Origin: Anthoceros angustus
Taxonomy: Eukaryota > Plantae > Anthocerotophyta
DNA: 64,000 nucleotides
Reading direction: 5' to 3'
NCBI GenBank assembly: GCA_010909165.1
Contig: VJWM01000222.1
Coordinates: forward strand, 236,952 to 300,951
A program made the translations under genes and the position numbers. Positions 1-13,189 of the stretch are shown here, piece after piece (the stretch's first letter is position 1; every line of letters starts with the position of its first letter). The notes beneath the pieces are model-generated. The model saw only the letters and a list, made by a program, of their open reading frames with translations, made no database searches and was not told where the DNA came from.

Positions 1-149
1 GGAATTAGACCCTTGTCGAACTCGATCCTCATCTGTAATTCCTCTTCTCACAATTCCTTGCACACATGCAGCTTCTCGCAACAACTACATACCTTAGCAT
101 GCATATGCGATCCCATTTGAATTTGGCCAAGCATCTTGTGTCCTCTTCT

Positions 150-2900
150 TCTTTGTACATGTACTGTTTGACTTCCAAGCGTGTGAATTTAAGACAACCT
201 CGGTACCATAAGAGCCACGTTCACACTTAGCACATTCTGATTGCTCACATAGCCATTCTCCTTACGGAACCTTTCCGGTCTTGGTTTGAGGCAAAGCAGG
301 ATGGTAACCACGGTTACACGTCATAGCAACATGAATTCTTACGTTGTGTGTCCACACTCCTCCAGGCAAATCTGCTGGTGGCGTCGGGTCGAGAGCGCGA
401 TTCGTGTATCCGGATCGGGCAAATGGCATGGAGCCAAATGCTTCATGTGTTCCTTGCACCATACGCCATCTCTTCCTTCAAGTTCAACCACCTTGCTCAC
501 CAACTGACAACTCTCAAGATAAGCCTCCACATGTCGACATCTACGTGCTTGCAGCTTTGTGCAAGTACACATAATCTCGGATGCAAACTTGCGGGCTTTG
601 GGCTTCCACGAGCCCCAGCGTATAAGCATACCTCGGTGGTCCCGATCTTTGGGACCAAATTGTCCATAGCCATGGGAAGAATTCTTTGAAATACTTACTG
701 GCTTGAACACTTGCCAATTTGCATCTTTGCTCCGATCAGAGGATGGAGTAAGTGTCCTTCACCACATTCGGCAACTGCGTTGCGTCCGAATAACAAAAAG
801 TATGGTGAAACTTCCAAGAAGCTGACCCTGTACCCCAACACGATGTAAAGGAGCAATTCATCCCAACACTTGGGCTCCACGATGTCTGATATTTCCTTAG
901 TGCATCCTTGAAGGTGCACTAGCCTTTTGCCGCCATCGGCTGTGGATGATCCTCGATGTCCTCACATGATCAATGAGACTCACATCCGGCAAGGTGCGGA
1001 ATTCACCTCGAAACTCGTTACCACAGTGCATGAGCACCTGCGCGACTCCCAAATCGGTGAGCACTGCTGAGCTCTGCTGTGTCTGAGGTTCTACGTAAAA
1101 CGCTACTTCAACCCACTTAGAAATGCTCAATCATGACCATGCAATGTCGGTTACCTTGCTTTGTGAGAGGAAGCTCGGCATAAGGTCAAACCATCTAAAG
1201 AATAGCCCCATTGGTAGTGCAACACCACATCACAGGTGTTAAATCTAGCTTTGCGCATCACATGCGACACTTATACCACCTTCTCGACATCGCATACATC
1301 CCACGATGCGTACTCTTCAACATGTGGTGTGTCCTCTTCACACCAAAGTGGCCAAGGGTTTCGTGCACCTTGGTCACTATGCCTTTCCTCGGGACTTGGT
1401 ACTTTCCTTACGAGTTCTCCTTGGCGATGTGACTCACCATCTTCCCATGAGTATCGGCCCACGCTTACGAGTTTAGCCAAGCACTTGATCATTCCGAACC
1501 TTTGTGCCTTCCTTGACAGGCTTGAGGATGTCTCAAACATCACGGACTCTGCATGTCCTTCTTCATGATCATCTATCACGGCCATGAGTGCCATGAAGCT
1601 GCTGGTGCATCCACGTGCCCCTCATCACTGTCGAGCTCTGTGACATCCTTGTCACTCTCCAGTGAGTTTCTTAGCCCATGCATTGTGATGTACCTTGCAC
1701 CCATGCCGATCTCCATATCATTACTCGACGATGTGCCCACAGCTAGCTTACCACTCAACTTCATGTTGGTCATCATGAAGTGGTGATCTGTGACCGATTC
1801 GCCTTCCATACGGATAGACCACACGAAATGCCCATACGCGACACTCTCCCTCATATGAGGTAGTTCACCAGTGAGTTGTTAGATCGGCTTGCATAGCTAT
1901 CACTCGCTCAACACCATACGCACCATGTTGTGACAACCGCTCCAATTCCGCGATGCTCGATTACGTATGCAGTGAAAGGGTGATCAAAATTCGGCACGCA
2001 GGCTTCTGGTCCGAAGATCTTGCCAAGCCAACTCTGGTCTTGGTCCCATTTCCATGTCTTTCTTCAGCAGTTCATACAGGTTTACATTGGGCGAGGTCCT
2101 TCATAAACCTCTGTAATAGTTCACCAAACCCGGAAGGCTCTAAGGCGGCTACATCCTTTGGTCTAGGCATTTGCATCACGGCTGCACCTTAGCGGTGATG
2201 CCTCCTGGTACTATCTCATGCCCCGGATACTCGATCTGCTGGAAAGCAAACTTGCATTTCTTAGGATGAGCTTTCAAACTGAGCTTGACCTCAGCAATAT
2301 CTCTAGATGCTCCATATGTTCTTGATTGTCTCACTTTGAGACCGGGATATCATCTATGTAACAACGCACAAATGGCACCCTGCGACTCTAGATCCATAAT
2401 TCTTTGGAAATATATAGAAGCATTTTCATAAGCATTGTCTCCCACTCCCAAAGCTGGTCCTTCCCCAGGCTGTCTTGCACTTGTCCTGCTCTTCAATCAC
2501 AATTTGGTTTGAAGCAGGCGGAAGTCAAGGCGGTAAAGAACTTTGCCTTACCTATGGCATCGAAAATCTCGTGGAGTAGGCATGGGTGGTTCCATAGGAG
2601 TCACCTCGTTTAGAGGTCAGTCGCCACACATCCTCCTGTCCTTCCATTCACCGTTCTCATCCTTCTTGAGCGGTAGGCTCAGCATATTGAGAGCTTGATT
2701 TTCTTATCAACCTTGAACAACTCTTGGCGTTTGTCAACAATCTCCCATTCTCGGGCGGGCGATGCCTCCTTGAAGAGGGCTCTTCATGAGTCGTCACTAC
2801 TTTGAACTTGATCTTCTCATACCTACCCGGCTCCTTTGAATGCAAAAGCACCCTTGTTTTTCTCAAGCATGTTGATGATTTTCTTATCTTAGGGCTCACA
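150..2900 (-). mobile_element. Ty3/gypsy pol, family A (diverged copy): RT - RNase H - integrase - C-terminal PHD finger, frameshifted
   Basis: Minus-strand motifs in gypsy order: RT (KKDENGEWKDRRMCGD, EIFDAIGKAKFFTALD, VRCYIDDI at about 2346-2366); RNase H (GIGAVV...YASRSNN, about 1740-2060); integrase zinc finger (GHFGVKRT...DVEKVV) and core (MVMIEHF.VVEV, GNEFRGEF, WDELLLYIVLGYR, SPYFLLFGR, about 700-1400); then EHMKHLAPCHLPD and a PHD-like C/H pattern. Confidence 0.9.
215..375 (-). pseudogene. PHD finger at the integrase C-terminus (copy 1)
   Basis: With 1-2 indels repaired the strand reads CLEECGHT...EFMLL(C)DxCNRGYH...KVPxGEWLC. ORFs 339..710 and 262..462 contain the two halves. Confidence 0.8.
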
Positions 2901-3649
2901 TCTTACGCAATGTGCCATACATGAACCTCTTCGTCCTCTTGGTAGGCATTCGGTATCCACTGACCATCTTTGAATCTCTCCCTGACTCATCTTCCCTACT
3001 TAGGAACCTCTTTATCCTGCGGTAGTTGGAGGAAGGCTTTCGCTTCCTTGACGCAAGTTGGAAACCAAGCTGTGCTTGACCACCTCGGCCTGGTCAAATG
3101 CATCGAGCATCTGCATCTTGCAGTTACAGATGCCCATGGTGCAGTGTCCTTCTTGGCAAAGCCCATCGCTTTTCGCGTTCCTCAACATTGAGCTCTCAAG
3201 CTCATTCCCTTCAAATCGATCACACCATCTCCTCACAGTGCGAAGGCATAAGATTGCGGTGTGCTCACGAGTTAGCCATGCCCTTCGGCTTCCCTACTCG
3301 ATTCACGGGTAAAATGGCAACTTGTCCATCCTCTTCACTGTGTGACCTTCCCAACTCTAGGATGTCATCCACGACCTTCCGCTTGGTCGTTAAATTCTGT
3401 CTTGTCGAGCACCTCCGGTCCGACCACATTTGTCCGATGCTGCGGCATATGAGCCACCGCAGCGTCCATGATCAACTCATTCTTGCGCCCGAATCTCTTC
3501 ATACAGGCCCTAACGGTGGGCGTTTGTCCATGGCGCACACACATTCTCGAGAATGTACCAACATCGTGGATTAAATCTGGACTTCTCGCGTGATTAAATG
3601 CGAGCTCGGACCAAAACGCCTTCACCTTTGCCTGCTGTCGAAAATGTCT

Positions 3650-5550
3650 TGCATGAGACATTGAAGGTCGCTGGGCATTTAGTTCGAACGGCATCACTAC
3701 AAACTCGTAGTGACCATGCCGTGTTCTAAATGCGGTCTTGGGCTCATCCTCCTTGAGTCGAATTTGGTGAAAACTCGATCGCAGTCGATTTTGGTGAACC
3801 AAGTCGACCCAAACCGGTCCAAAATCTCATCGATGGCATCCGTAGACATTCCCGATGGTGGCCCGATTCAATCCTCTCGTAGTCGATGCAGAGTCTCCAC
3901 CACGTTTCGCCACCAACAACGGGCGCCCATAAGGTGAGGTGCTTGGCCTCACAAACCCCTTGTCCAGAATTCATCTACCGCTTTTGATCTCCTCATTTTC
4001 CATACCGACGCGTATGGCGTTGATTTACAGATGCCTGTGCACTAGCTCGATGGCCGTGACTGGTCTGCCTTGGTGGTAGGGCGGTGGGATCCGCAAATAA
4101 CCCATCACCGCCACAGAGCCTTAAACTCTTGGTAAGAGTTCCTCCGATTGCTTCGGTCGCTGCCCGCGATTGCTGCAGTGGATCAAGATATCATCTAGGA
4201 AGACCTCGACCCCTTGCCTAGCAAAGGTCAAGAATGTCTTGCGAGGATCCATGCGATGAAGTCCCTCCGTGAGGGCACGTGAACCATGGTCGAGTCGCAT
4301 GTAAAGCTTCCTTGGTGGATTTATGCAAGGCGATGACAAAAAGGTGCTTGTCCAAGGTAAGTTTCCTTCCAAAGACATACGATCCGTCCACACCCCTAGG
4401 GTTACTAAGTTCTTTTCCATGAAGTTGGTGAGAATGGGCGCCACTGCTTCCCCACAATCACGCCATGTGCCAAGCTTGGCATGACTATGCATTTCAAAGA
4501 CTTCTACGAAACCTCCGTGGAAGGTAAGAGTCGCTCGCCCACCGCCGTCCCTCACATCCTTGCTTCCAGCCGTGACGATGTAGAAGTCGACCCGAGTGTT
4601 GGATGTGCTGCCCGCGATTCTCATGTGCCTCCAGAGGAACTACCTTGACAGCGATGTGACTTCCCCATTTCGATTCTTTGGAAGGGTTGGAGGTGCCCAA
4701 GTGTTTATACTTTGTTCGCCATAGTTCATGGCGGCTTTCATGGCATCAACCGTGGTGTTGGGGTTGGTCCGTTGACATCACGTTCGAATCAAGGCCATCA
4801 ATGAACTTCTCCACTTTTTGTTCTTCATCGAGGCGGGAAGATCCAGAGTGAGTCAGAAGAACTTGTCGCAGATTCTCGCATGAAGGTACACTTGCTCCTC
4901 TTGGCCAGCTTGATGCTTCAAGAAGAGTGAATACCTTCCCGACGAGTTCGATGTGGGTGGCTTGGTCCGCAGAGTGGATCAAGATATCATCTAGGAAGAC
5001 CTCGACCCCTTGCCTAGCAAAGGTCAAGAATGTCTTGCATGAGACATTGAAGGTCGCTGGGCATTTAGTTCGAACGGCATCACTACAAACTCGTAGTGAC
5101 CATGCCGTGTTCTAAATGCGGTCTTGGGCTCATCCTCCTTGAGTCGAATTTGGTGAAAACTCGATCGCAGTCGATTTTGGTGAACCAAGTCGACCCAAAC
5201 CGGTCCAAAATCTCATCGATGGCATCCGTAGACATTCCCGATGGTGGCCCGATTCAATCCTCTCGTAGTCGATGCAGAGTCTCCACCACGTTTCGCCACC
5301 AACAACGGGCGCCCATAAGGTGAGGTGCTTGGCCTCACAAACCCCTTGTCCAGAATTCATCTACCGCTTTTGATCTCCTCATTTTCCATACCGACGCGTA
5401 TGGCGTTGATTTACAGATGCCTGTGCACTAGCTCGATGGCCGTGACTGGTCTGCCTTGGTGGTAGGGCGGTGGGATCCGCAAATAACCCATCACCGCCAC
5501 AGAGCCTTAAACTCTTGTAAGAGTTCCTCCGATTGCTTCGTGCTGCCCGC
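3650..5550 (-). mobile_element. Patchwork of family B (chromovirus-like gypsy) RT, protease and gag fragments
   Basis: RT: [61 protein letters not shown]. Gag: DEEQKVEKFIDGLDSN. Segment about 3650-4130 recurs at about 5030-5510 (offset 1386). Confidence 0.85.
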
Positions 5551-5555
5551 GATTG

Positions 5556-6488
5556 CTGCAGTGGATCAAGATATCATCTAGGAAGACCTCGACCCCTTGC
5601 CTAGCAAAGGTCAAGAATGTCTTGCGAGGATCCATGCCGATGCCCTTGGCACTAACGATGTGTCCAAGATACTCAACTTCTTCGCATGAAGGTACACTTG
5701 CTCCTCTTGGCCAGCTTGATGCTTCAAGAAGAGTGAATACCTTCCCGACGAGTTCGATGTGGGTGGCTTGGTCCGCAGAGTGGATCAAGATATCATCTAG
5801 GAAGACCTCGACCCCTTGCCTAGCAAAGGTCAAGAATGTCTTGCGAGGATCCATGCGATGCCCTTGGCACTAACGATGTGTCCAAGATACTCAACTTCTC
5901 GCATGAAGGTACACTTGCTCCTCTTGGCCAGCTTGATGCTTCAAGAAGAGTGAATACCTTCCCGACGAGTTCGATGTGGGTGGCTTGGTCCGCAGAGTGG
6001 ATCAAGATATCATCTAGGAAGACCTCGACCCCTTGCCTAGCAAAGGTCAAGAATGTCTTGCGAGGATCCATGCGATGCCCTTGGCACTAACGATGTGTCC
6101 AAGATACTCAACTTCTCGCATGAAGGTACACTTGCTCCTCTTGGCCAGCTTGATGCTTCAAGAAGAGTGAATACCTTCCCGACGAGTTCGATGTGGGTGG
6201 CTTGGTCCGCAGAGTGGATCAAGATATCATCTAGGAAGACCTCGACCCCTTGCCTAGCAAAGGTCAAGAATGTCTTGCGAGGATCCATGCGATGCCCTTG
6301 GCACTAACGATGTGTCCAAGATACTCAACTTCTCGCATGAAGGTACACTTGCTCCTCTTGGCCAGCTTGATGCTTCAAGAAGAGTGAATACCTTCCCGAC
6401 GAGTTCGATGTGGGTGGCTTGGTCCGCAGAGTGGATCAAGATATCATCTAGGAAGACCTCGACCCCTTGCCTAGCAAAGGTCAAGAAT
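5556..6488. repeat. Tandem array of about 4.3 copies of a 217-bp unit spanning the family B RT catalytic core
   Basis: Identical ORFs at 5820, 6037 and 6254 (period 217). The unit encodes VFLDDILIH...EYLGHIVSAKGIGMDPRK. Confidence 0.95.
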
Positions 6489-7237
6489 AGCCTTAGCTAT
6501 AGGTGTGAAACCAAAGCGGACCCAAACCCAAACAAGGCACCGATCAACGTGGGAGGAGCACCACCAAGCGTGAGGTTGCTTTCGCATCATGGCGCAAACA
6601 TCAGCTGGGAATCGAGCTGGGCGGGCGTGGAGATGATGGCGGCGGGAATGAGGACCGTGGGGCAAAGGAGGTAGTCTTGATCGTGGGCGGTTGGGGAGGA
6701 AAGCACTTTGTGAACCCTTGCAATCTGGAAATCCAAGATCGATTAGATCTGTGTTTTGCTCGTGCTTCCCTACAAGGCGCCAAGGCTCGATTCTGGCTCA
6801 GCCAGCAAAGCTCGGCTGGCCAAGAAATCTTCAAGAAATCTCGTGATTCCGCCATTGCTTGGCGGATCCCTTTTAGGAGCAGATGCTCTCCCAGCATATT
6901 TTGTTCTTTGCAAGGGGACCCTTTGTGGCGGACTACTGGGATCGAAACTTTGGCCCCATTCAACAAGTCCGAATCGGAGTGACGATAAGTGGGCTGGTAA
7001 CAGGAGGCAAGGAGCTGCAACTAGGTCCCAGCCATGGGACATATCCATAGCCGGCTGGGCAGTCCAGCCTTGACAAGGCGATCCCAGCCGGGCGGGCCCC
7101 ATCGGCTTTGGGACAGTCCCAGCCGGGCTGCCGCCAGCTATGGGACAAGCGGTCCCATAGTCCTCACTAAGATTGGTGGAGTTGCCCGGGACAAGCTCAT
7201 ACTCGGGACACGGTAGTCCCAAACTTTCACGCTTCAC
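6478..7237 (+). repeat. Partial copy of the LTR-like terminal module associated with family A
   Basis: Homologous to about 35520-36276, 14600-15000 and 43218-44052. All complete 3' ends stop at ...cccaaactttcacgc(t)tcac and are followed by unrelated flanks. Confidence 0.55.
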
Positions 7238-9150
7238 GGCAGCGTGGCATGGTGTGGAAACCCATGGCCTCCCGCCTCCTCCACATTGGGCTCCTCCTGG
7301 TGTGTTGCTTGAATAGCGGACACGCCTTGTCCCACAGCATAGGGGGAGAGAAAGCTCACTAGGGTGGGAAGGGTGCGGGCTGTCCAGCATGTTGGTGCGG
7401 GTACCAAGGTGCACGCTCGGCTGTCACAGCCCGTGGCTGATGCCAAGGGTCCAACACATCGGAGAGCTTGAGTGGGGTCCCGAGTAGTGCGGGTGACCAC
7501 CAACTCTAGCAAAGGTTGAGGGCCAGGTTGGTCCAATAGTTTCGCATGGCGAAGCGCCAACTGGACAGCATCCATGAGCAAGGGCGTGCCCACATGCTGC
7601 GGATGATGGCCATGTCTTGGCGAACTTGCAGTGTCCGCCCGAGGTGTTCTCCCCAGTAAGCGCAACCCGGGGCTGAAGTGCGAACATCCACCAAGATGCG
7701 GAGAAGGTCCCAAAACAAGGCGGTTCGTGGGTCTTGTAATCCTCCCCGTTGGCTTGAGAAAATCCTTGGCATTCCATCCGCAATCACGAAGTGGATGGGG
7801 CCGAGCGAATGTGGCGGCGCTGTACCTGGATGTCTTGGGGCACGAAAAGGTGCCCGAGATAGCATTGGCGGGAAGTAGTGAAGGGAATCACGCTCCCGAA
7901 GGCGGCGACAATGCATTGCGCCTTGGGACAATGGTCACAATAAATGTAACGAGACCAAGATGCCATTCAGCAAAAGGGCCTCCAGACTGTGCAAATGCCA
8001 GCAGTTCCAAAAGTAATGCAAGTGGGCGCCATCACGTGATGATCTGGCTCTCATTGTGGTGGAAGGTGCCTCAGCCCAAGGGGGAGTGCTGAAGCTGCAG
8101 AGCTTGCTGCACTCGTGGAAGAGCTTGCTGAACCTCGGACACTTTGAATGATGGTGGAGTGTCTCCTAGCATGCGTGACCAAATGGTCGGCCTCGTGATC
8201 CGATCCAAGTCGGCAAGCTCCAAAGATGTCACTCAAATCTTGGTCATCGTGAGGAGCACCTCGGGGACAACGAATGGTCGCCATAAGGACTGGAGTAGCT
8301 AGGGGCGGTGGCGACCTCGGTGTCCAATCCGCCATGCATTCAAGGGAAAGTCGCCACTTGGCGACCTCCCACTACGCCAATCGGGCGATAGTGAGCTTAC
8401 TCATCAATTGTCCACGCGATGCGGGGTGGAAACAAAACTCCTGTCAGAAGGACGCCGTGTTAGCGTGTCGGAATGAATGGCCAATGTCATGGCGGCGGCT
8501 TCGAGCTTGAGCGTGATGGCGGTGGTCGAGCAGTCTCTCCACACAGTTCCACAGCGCGGAGTCCCTGTTCGGGGTGAATGGCGGAGTGTCGTCCTGCAAG
8601 TTCAACTGGCGAGCCTTGCCAATGATCACGGGCCCCGTGTCCAAGAGCACAAGCTTGGGAGCATAGCCATTCACCGTGACATGGCCTTCCCTATTGTCCA
8701 CCATGGCATTGCTCACTCGCACATTCATGCGATTGGTGGGCTAAAATGCGGGTGCTCTACTCCAGCTGGGAAGCATAGGTCGCCGCCTCCAAGTGGCTGG
8801 CCCTCCTCATGGCTATGGGTGGCCTGCCTGTCACTCCCACCATCGTAACATGGTCCATGGTGGTGGGCAATACCCGGCCGCGTGGGTAAGGCTGCCCATA
8901 TGGGATCCACCGGTCCGGGTATCCGAGTGTGGGACTGCGGAGGCCCGATGATGGGCTTCTCCTCAGCCCTTGGCATGGAGCTGAAGGTGCCCGCATTGGG
9001 ACTACTGTCGATCCAGTGTGTGTTGAGGCCAAGTGAGATTCCCGTGTCCATGGAGTCTGTTGAGCCTCCACCGGCTGTCCCGTATGGGGAGAATCCCAAT
9101 CGGGGCCCTCACAGCCCACCTGTTAGTGGAGCCTGGTTGCAAAATTTGGA
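7238..9150 (-). mobile_element. Family A gag-distal, protease and linker fragment
   Basis: ORF 8444..8728 contains EGHVTVNGYAPKLVLLDTG (retroviral-type aspartic protease motif). Homologous to about 29750-31650 on the opposite strand. Confidence 0.8.
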
Positions 9151-12100
9151 GCAAGCGTGCTGTGACCATCCCAAGGAACCCACGAAGTTCCTTCAGCGTT
9201 GTTGGAGCTTTTAGAGTGGCTATGACCTTGACCTTGTCGGGATCAACCTCTATACCTGCTCGAAATTCGATGTCCCAACAGGATTCCTTCGACATGCCGA
9301 AATAGCACTTTTCCGGATGCAAACATAAGCGTATCGCTCGCGTTCAAGGTGCATTAGATGGTCCTTCATGCTCCAAACACGCAAAAGTCGTCCAAGAAAA
9401 CTTCCATAAAGTCCCCGAGGAAGTCCTTGAAGATCTTGACGATGGTTCGCATGAAAGACCAGCGCCCGTCAACCCCGAATGCACCGCGCTTAGGCATATG
9501 TTCCCCGTCCGTTGTGAAGGTGGGTGGCCAATCGCTTTCCGGAGATGCATGGTTATAGCCTAAATACCCATCTAAAAGGAATACGCCATCCTACTGCGAC
9601 CCGGATCCAAGATGTTATCGATGAAGGGCAATGGAAATGATCCTTTTGGTGACCTTATTCAACCGCTAGTCTTGGCAAACCCGAATCTTTCGGGTCTCTT
9701 GGGACCACCATCGGAGCCACCCATTATTGACGATAGGATAGATTACATCCGCCTTGAGATCTGACTCAAGCGATCCTTTACCTTCAATGAGTACTTGGGA
9801 TTTAACTTGTCTGCGGAATCCTCACTGGGCTCCAGTTCCAAGTCGATCCTATGCTCCCCACTCCTTGGGTATACCCTTCATATCGGTCACCTCGAAGGCA
9901 AAGACATCAATGAATTGTGCAAGCATTGTTTCATCCTCTTCAAGCACTTCATCCATTGTTCGGGAGAATTTGAGCACTTTTCCAGAAGCACCTCGACATC
10001 CTTAACCTCATCCGCTGCCCATTCACGCTCTCGTGCGGGATTCCAAAACCCTCTTACGGTTCCCTCGGTTCCTCTTCATGCCACTCTCTAACAGATCTTA
10101 GGGTGAAAGCAGCGTGAGGCCCTTTCATCCTCCTCATCCGTTTGTTCCCGCCGCTTTCTCCCTCTTCCCAATCCGGTCGCGTCTATGGTTACCCTGTGAC
10201 CCACAGTTGATCGAGTGCGGAATATCTCTGCGATAATCCTGTTCTCGTCCGACCATGAGATGTGTCGAAAGGAAATTTGTCTTCTTGTTCCATCTCCCCG
10301 ATGTGTCTTCATGAGGTGTGTATTTCCGTTGGGGTCTCGCCAACGGTACATGTCCTTACTCCGAGTTAGGCAAATCCTACCTTCCTTGGTCTTAGGGTCC
10401 CATTCCATTGGTTTGAATCAAACCTCCTTTCTTCCCCATTTGAGCGTGCATTGAGATCCATACATCCAAGTTCGACCAATTAAAACACTATACCTGGCGA
10501 CTTGTGGATGACCACATAATCCATTAGATAGGGATGGTCCCAATGATCGTTAACACGTCACAATTCTCCTCACGGCACCATTACGGACATATCGCCAACC
10601 GCAAAACCTTGCTGTATGTTCGATTTCCAACCCCAATTTTCGCCGTTTCCTCGTCATGATATTCACACCTACCCGTGTCGAGGTACCCTTTTATGACATC
10701 CGATCTCTACAGGTTCAGGGTCCTTGGTCAACCATGGATACTAGATTGGGAAGTGGCCTTGGACTGGTTTAGGAAGGGCATCGCTTTTCTTGGGTGGGCT
10801 TCCTTCAATGCCCTCGATCTGCTGCCTATCTGGGTTGTCTCGAAGGGTTGTCGAATGTGATCATAAAATGATCCATGATGGCCTCCGCTAAGTTAAAGGA
10901 AGCACCTTCTCAGCTTTCCCCGCCCGGGGTTCGTTGGTTGTAGACCCAGTGTTAGGCTTCGAGTCTGGTGGCTTCTCGGTGGGGTGGCGGACTGGGTGGG
11001 CATTGAAAGGCATCTCCGCCTCCTCCCTTGGCCTTCTTACTCCCCTCCTGGATCATATCCACAACCTCTTCCATCGTCCGGTGGAAATCCTAACCCATTT
11101 TCTCACCTTTCGGCAATTCTGCGGGAGCTTGTAAAGTTTCTCGACTATGTCCGTTGATTCCTTTTCCTGCTTTGAATTTCCACCGCCTTGGAACACTCAG
11201 TCTCACACACCTTCACCCCATTGGTTCGTCAGCCAAAGTACCGGATGCGCTTGGGTCCGTTCCACCTCTGAGCCTTCGCAAATTTTGACATTTCCTCGCT
11301 TGGGTGAGAACGCTCCCTCATCCACCAGTGGTCGTATCTACCTCCTTCTTCTTTTCTTTCCCCACGCCTCTTTTCCTTAGCTTTTGAGCTCCGTTCGACG
11401 ACCATGGCGGATGCCTCCCCATAATAATCGCTATCCGTGGCATCTAAACCCTCTAAGCTCTTAGGGTCTTAATCTTGGCGTCCTCCCATATAGCCATCAA
11501 CGCGTCTTCTACATGCATGGCGGGGCACCTTGGCGCGGTGAACCCCGTCAGGCTGCGCGATCCACGTGTTTTCGGGGTTTTGGCGAGTACACTTCACCGC
11601 CAAATGCCCTTTGACAATCTTGGCAGTTTATCGAAATCTCCATTGCCTTGCCGAGTTGGCAGGCAAGCATAGTGTCCAAGGTTGCGAGTTGTAGCAGCAT
11701 TGGATTATTACTCCGCCCGGTGATTTGACACGCCTGCGGAATTTCGTAAGTTGGAGGGATACATAGTCTTGGTACACTTTTGACTTCACGAATTTGGTAT
11801 GTATCCTCCACGAGGTATCTTCCTCTTCCTCCTCATATCAGCGGATGCACTCTGTTGTCGGGCGGTTAGCCTTGGAGTGACCTACTGTCCACACGTTGAG
11901 CGAAGAGGTTAGCCCGTGGATTCGTGACGACTCTCCTTCTCTCGTGTTCCTTTTACGTTAAGATGGAATTTCTCAAATTTTGCCATCATCTCCTCCATCT
12001 TGTTTCCCTGTTGTTCCACTTTCTTGGCTGCCACCTCGGCCTCCCTCCTTGCTTGCTCCGCATCCTTTTCGCGCTCTTGTTTCGCCCTTGCACTCTTTGT

Positions 12101-13189
12101 TGTCCGTGCGACCCTTCATTTTTCTTTTTTGGCGCTCCTCATCGATGGCGCTTCCCACTGTCACTCGTTTCTTCCTCCGTGGAACTTTTCATGGAATCTT
12201 CTTGGAGCTCTCTTCACGATGAACTTTCTTCCGAGGAGGATGAGAATCCCTTCTCTTTTTCCTGATCAGGCTTCCTCTTCTCCTTCCTAGCTCTCTTTAT
12301 ATCATGCGGGTTGGATTCCTCATATAATTTAGCGCCGCGATAGCCTTGCCCAAATTCTTCTCCGCTTTGCAACCTTCGTGTCTCCCCATCTTAGAACCCG
12401 GGCCTTTAGCGAACCACCGTATTGCTGCAACTCAGATGAGGGCCACTTGATCGCGTGGTATGAAACCTCTCAACATACGCTTAGGTTTCCTTCCTTCCTC
12501 TCTCGCTTTTCAAGTTTGGACAACACGTATCCCTCCACGTCAAGCCCCTAAACCTCTCACAGGCGGTTTTAACTCTTCAAAGGTGGCGGAGGTGTGGGAC
12601 TTGAGTATTCGCCTATACCACTTTTGGACCTCCCGAAGAACTCCATAGAACGGTGAATGTGCATCTCCGCTTCTGGTTTGCAAATGTCATGCTCGCTCAA
12701 CAAATTCATCGGGGTCCTCATACCCTTCCCTCTCCCCTACAGGTAAGGTTGCTTGGTGGTGACCACCACCGGCACAGTGGTGGTACATGACTATCGTGAT
12801 TCGGTAAGTGGTTGATTCAACGGTTCTGTGGAAGATTGATCTGGGCGATTGGAAGAGAGTCGGGAAGATGGAATTGGTCGAGGTTCCTTGGTGTGGTACC
12901 TCGTCCAAGTCGAGGTTGGGGATCTTGCTCCAACAAGATCGGACCCCGCCCTGGTTGATTCCTTACTTCCCTTCTCCTCCCGGCAGTGCGTCTTCGGTTG
13001 GGTCCTCCTCAACTCCCGGTTTGCAACCCTTTTCAACCTTTCCGATTGCTTGGCTGTCGCTTCACTCAGGCTTTCCGTCCCGACTTAACTCAATCCTCCG
13101 ACTCAACTCGTGGCATCCATCTACCCAACTAGATACACTCCAAACTAGACACCTAAGCTATGGTTAGTCTTCCTATAACCAGTTTCATT
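9150..13189 (-). mobile_element. Family C non-chromovirus (Athila/Tat-type) gypsy gag-protease-RT, truncated after RT
   Basis: LNPKYSLKV (about 9778-9806), DHFPLPFIDNILD (9604-9643), EVFLDDF (about 9383-9405), HPEKCYFGMSK, GIEVDPDKVKVIATLKAPTTLKELRGFLG. Gag-like and zinc-knuckle-like remnants at about 11550-12700. Confidence 0.88.
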
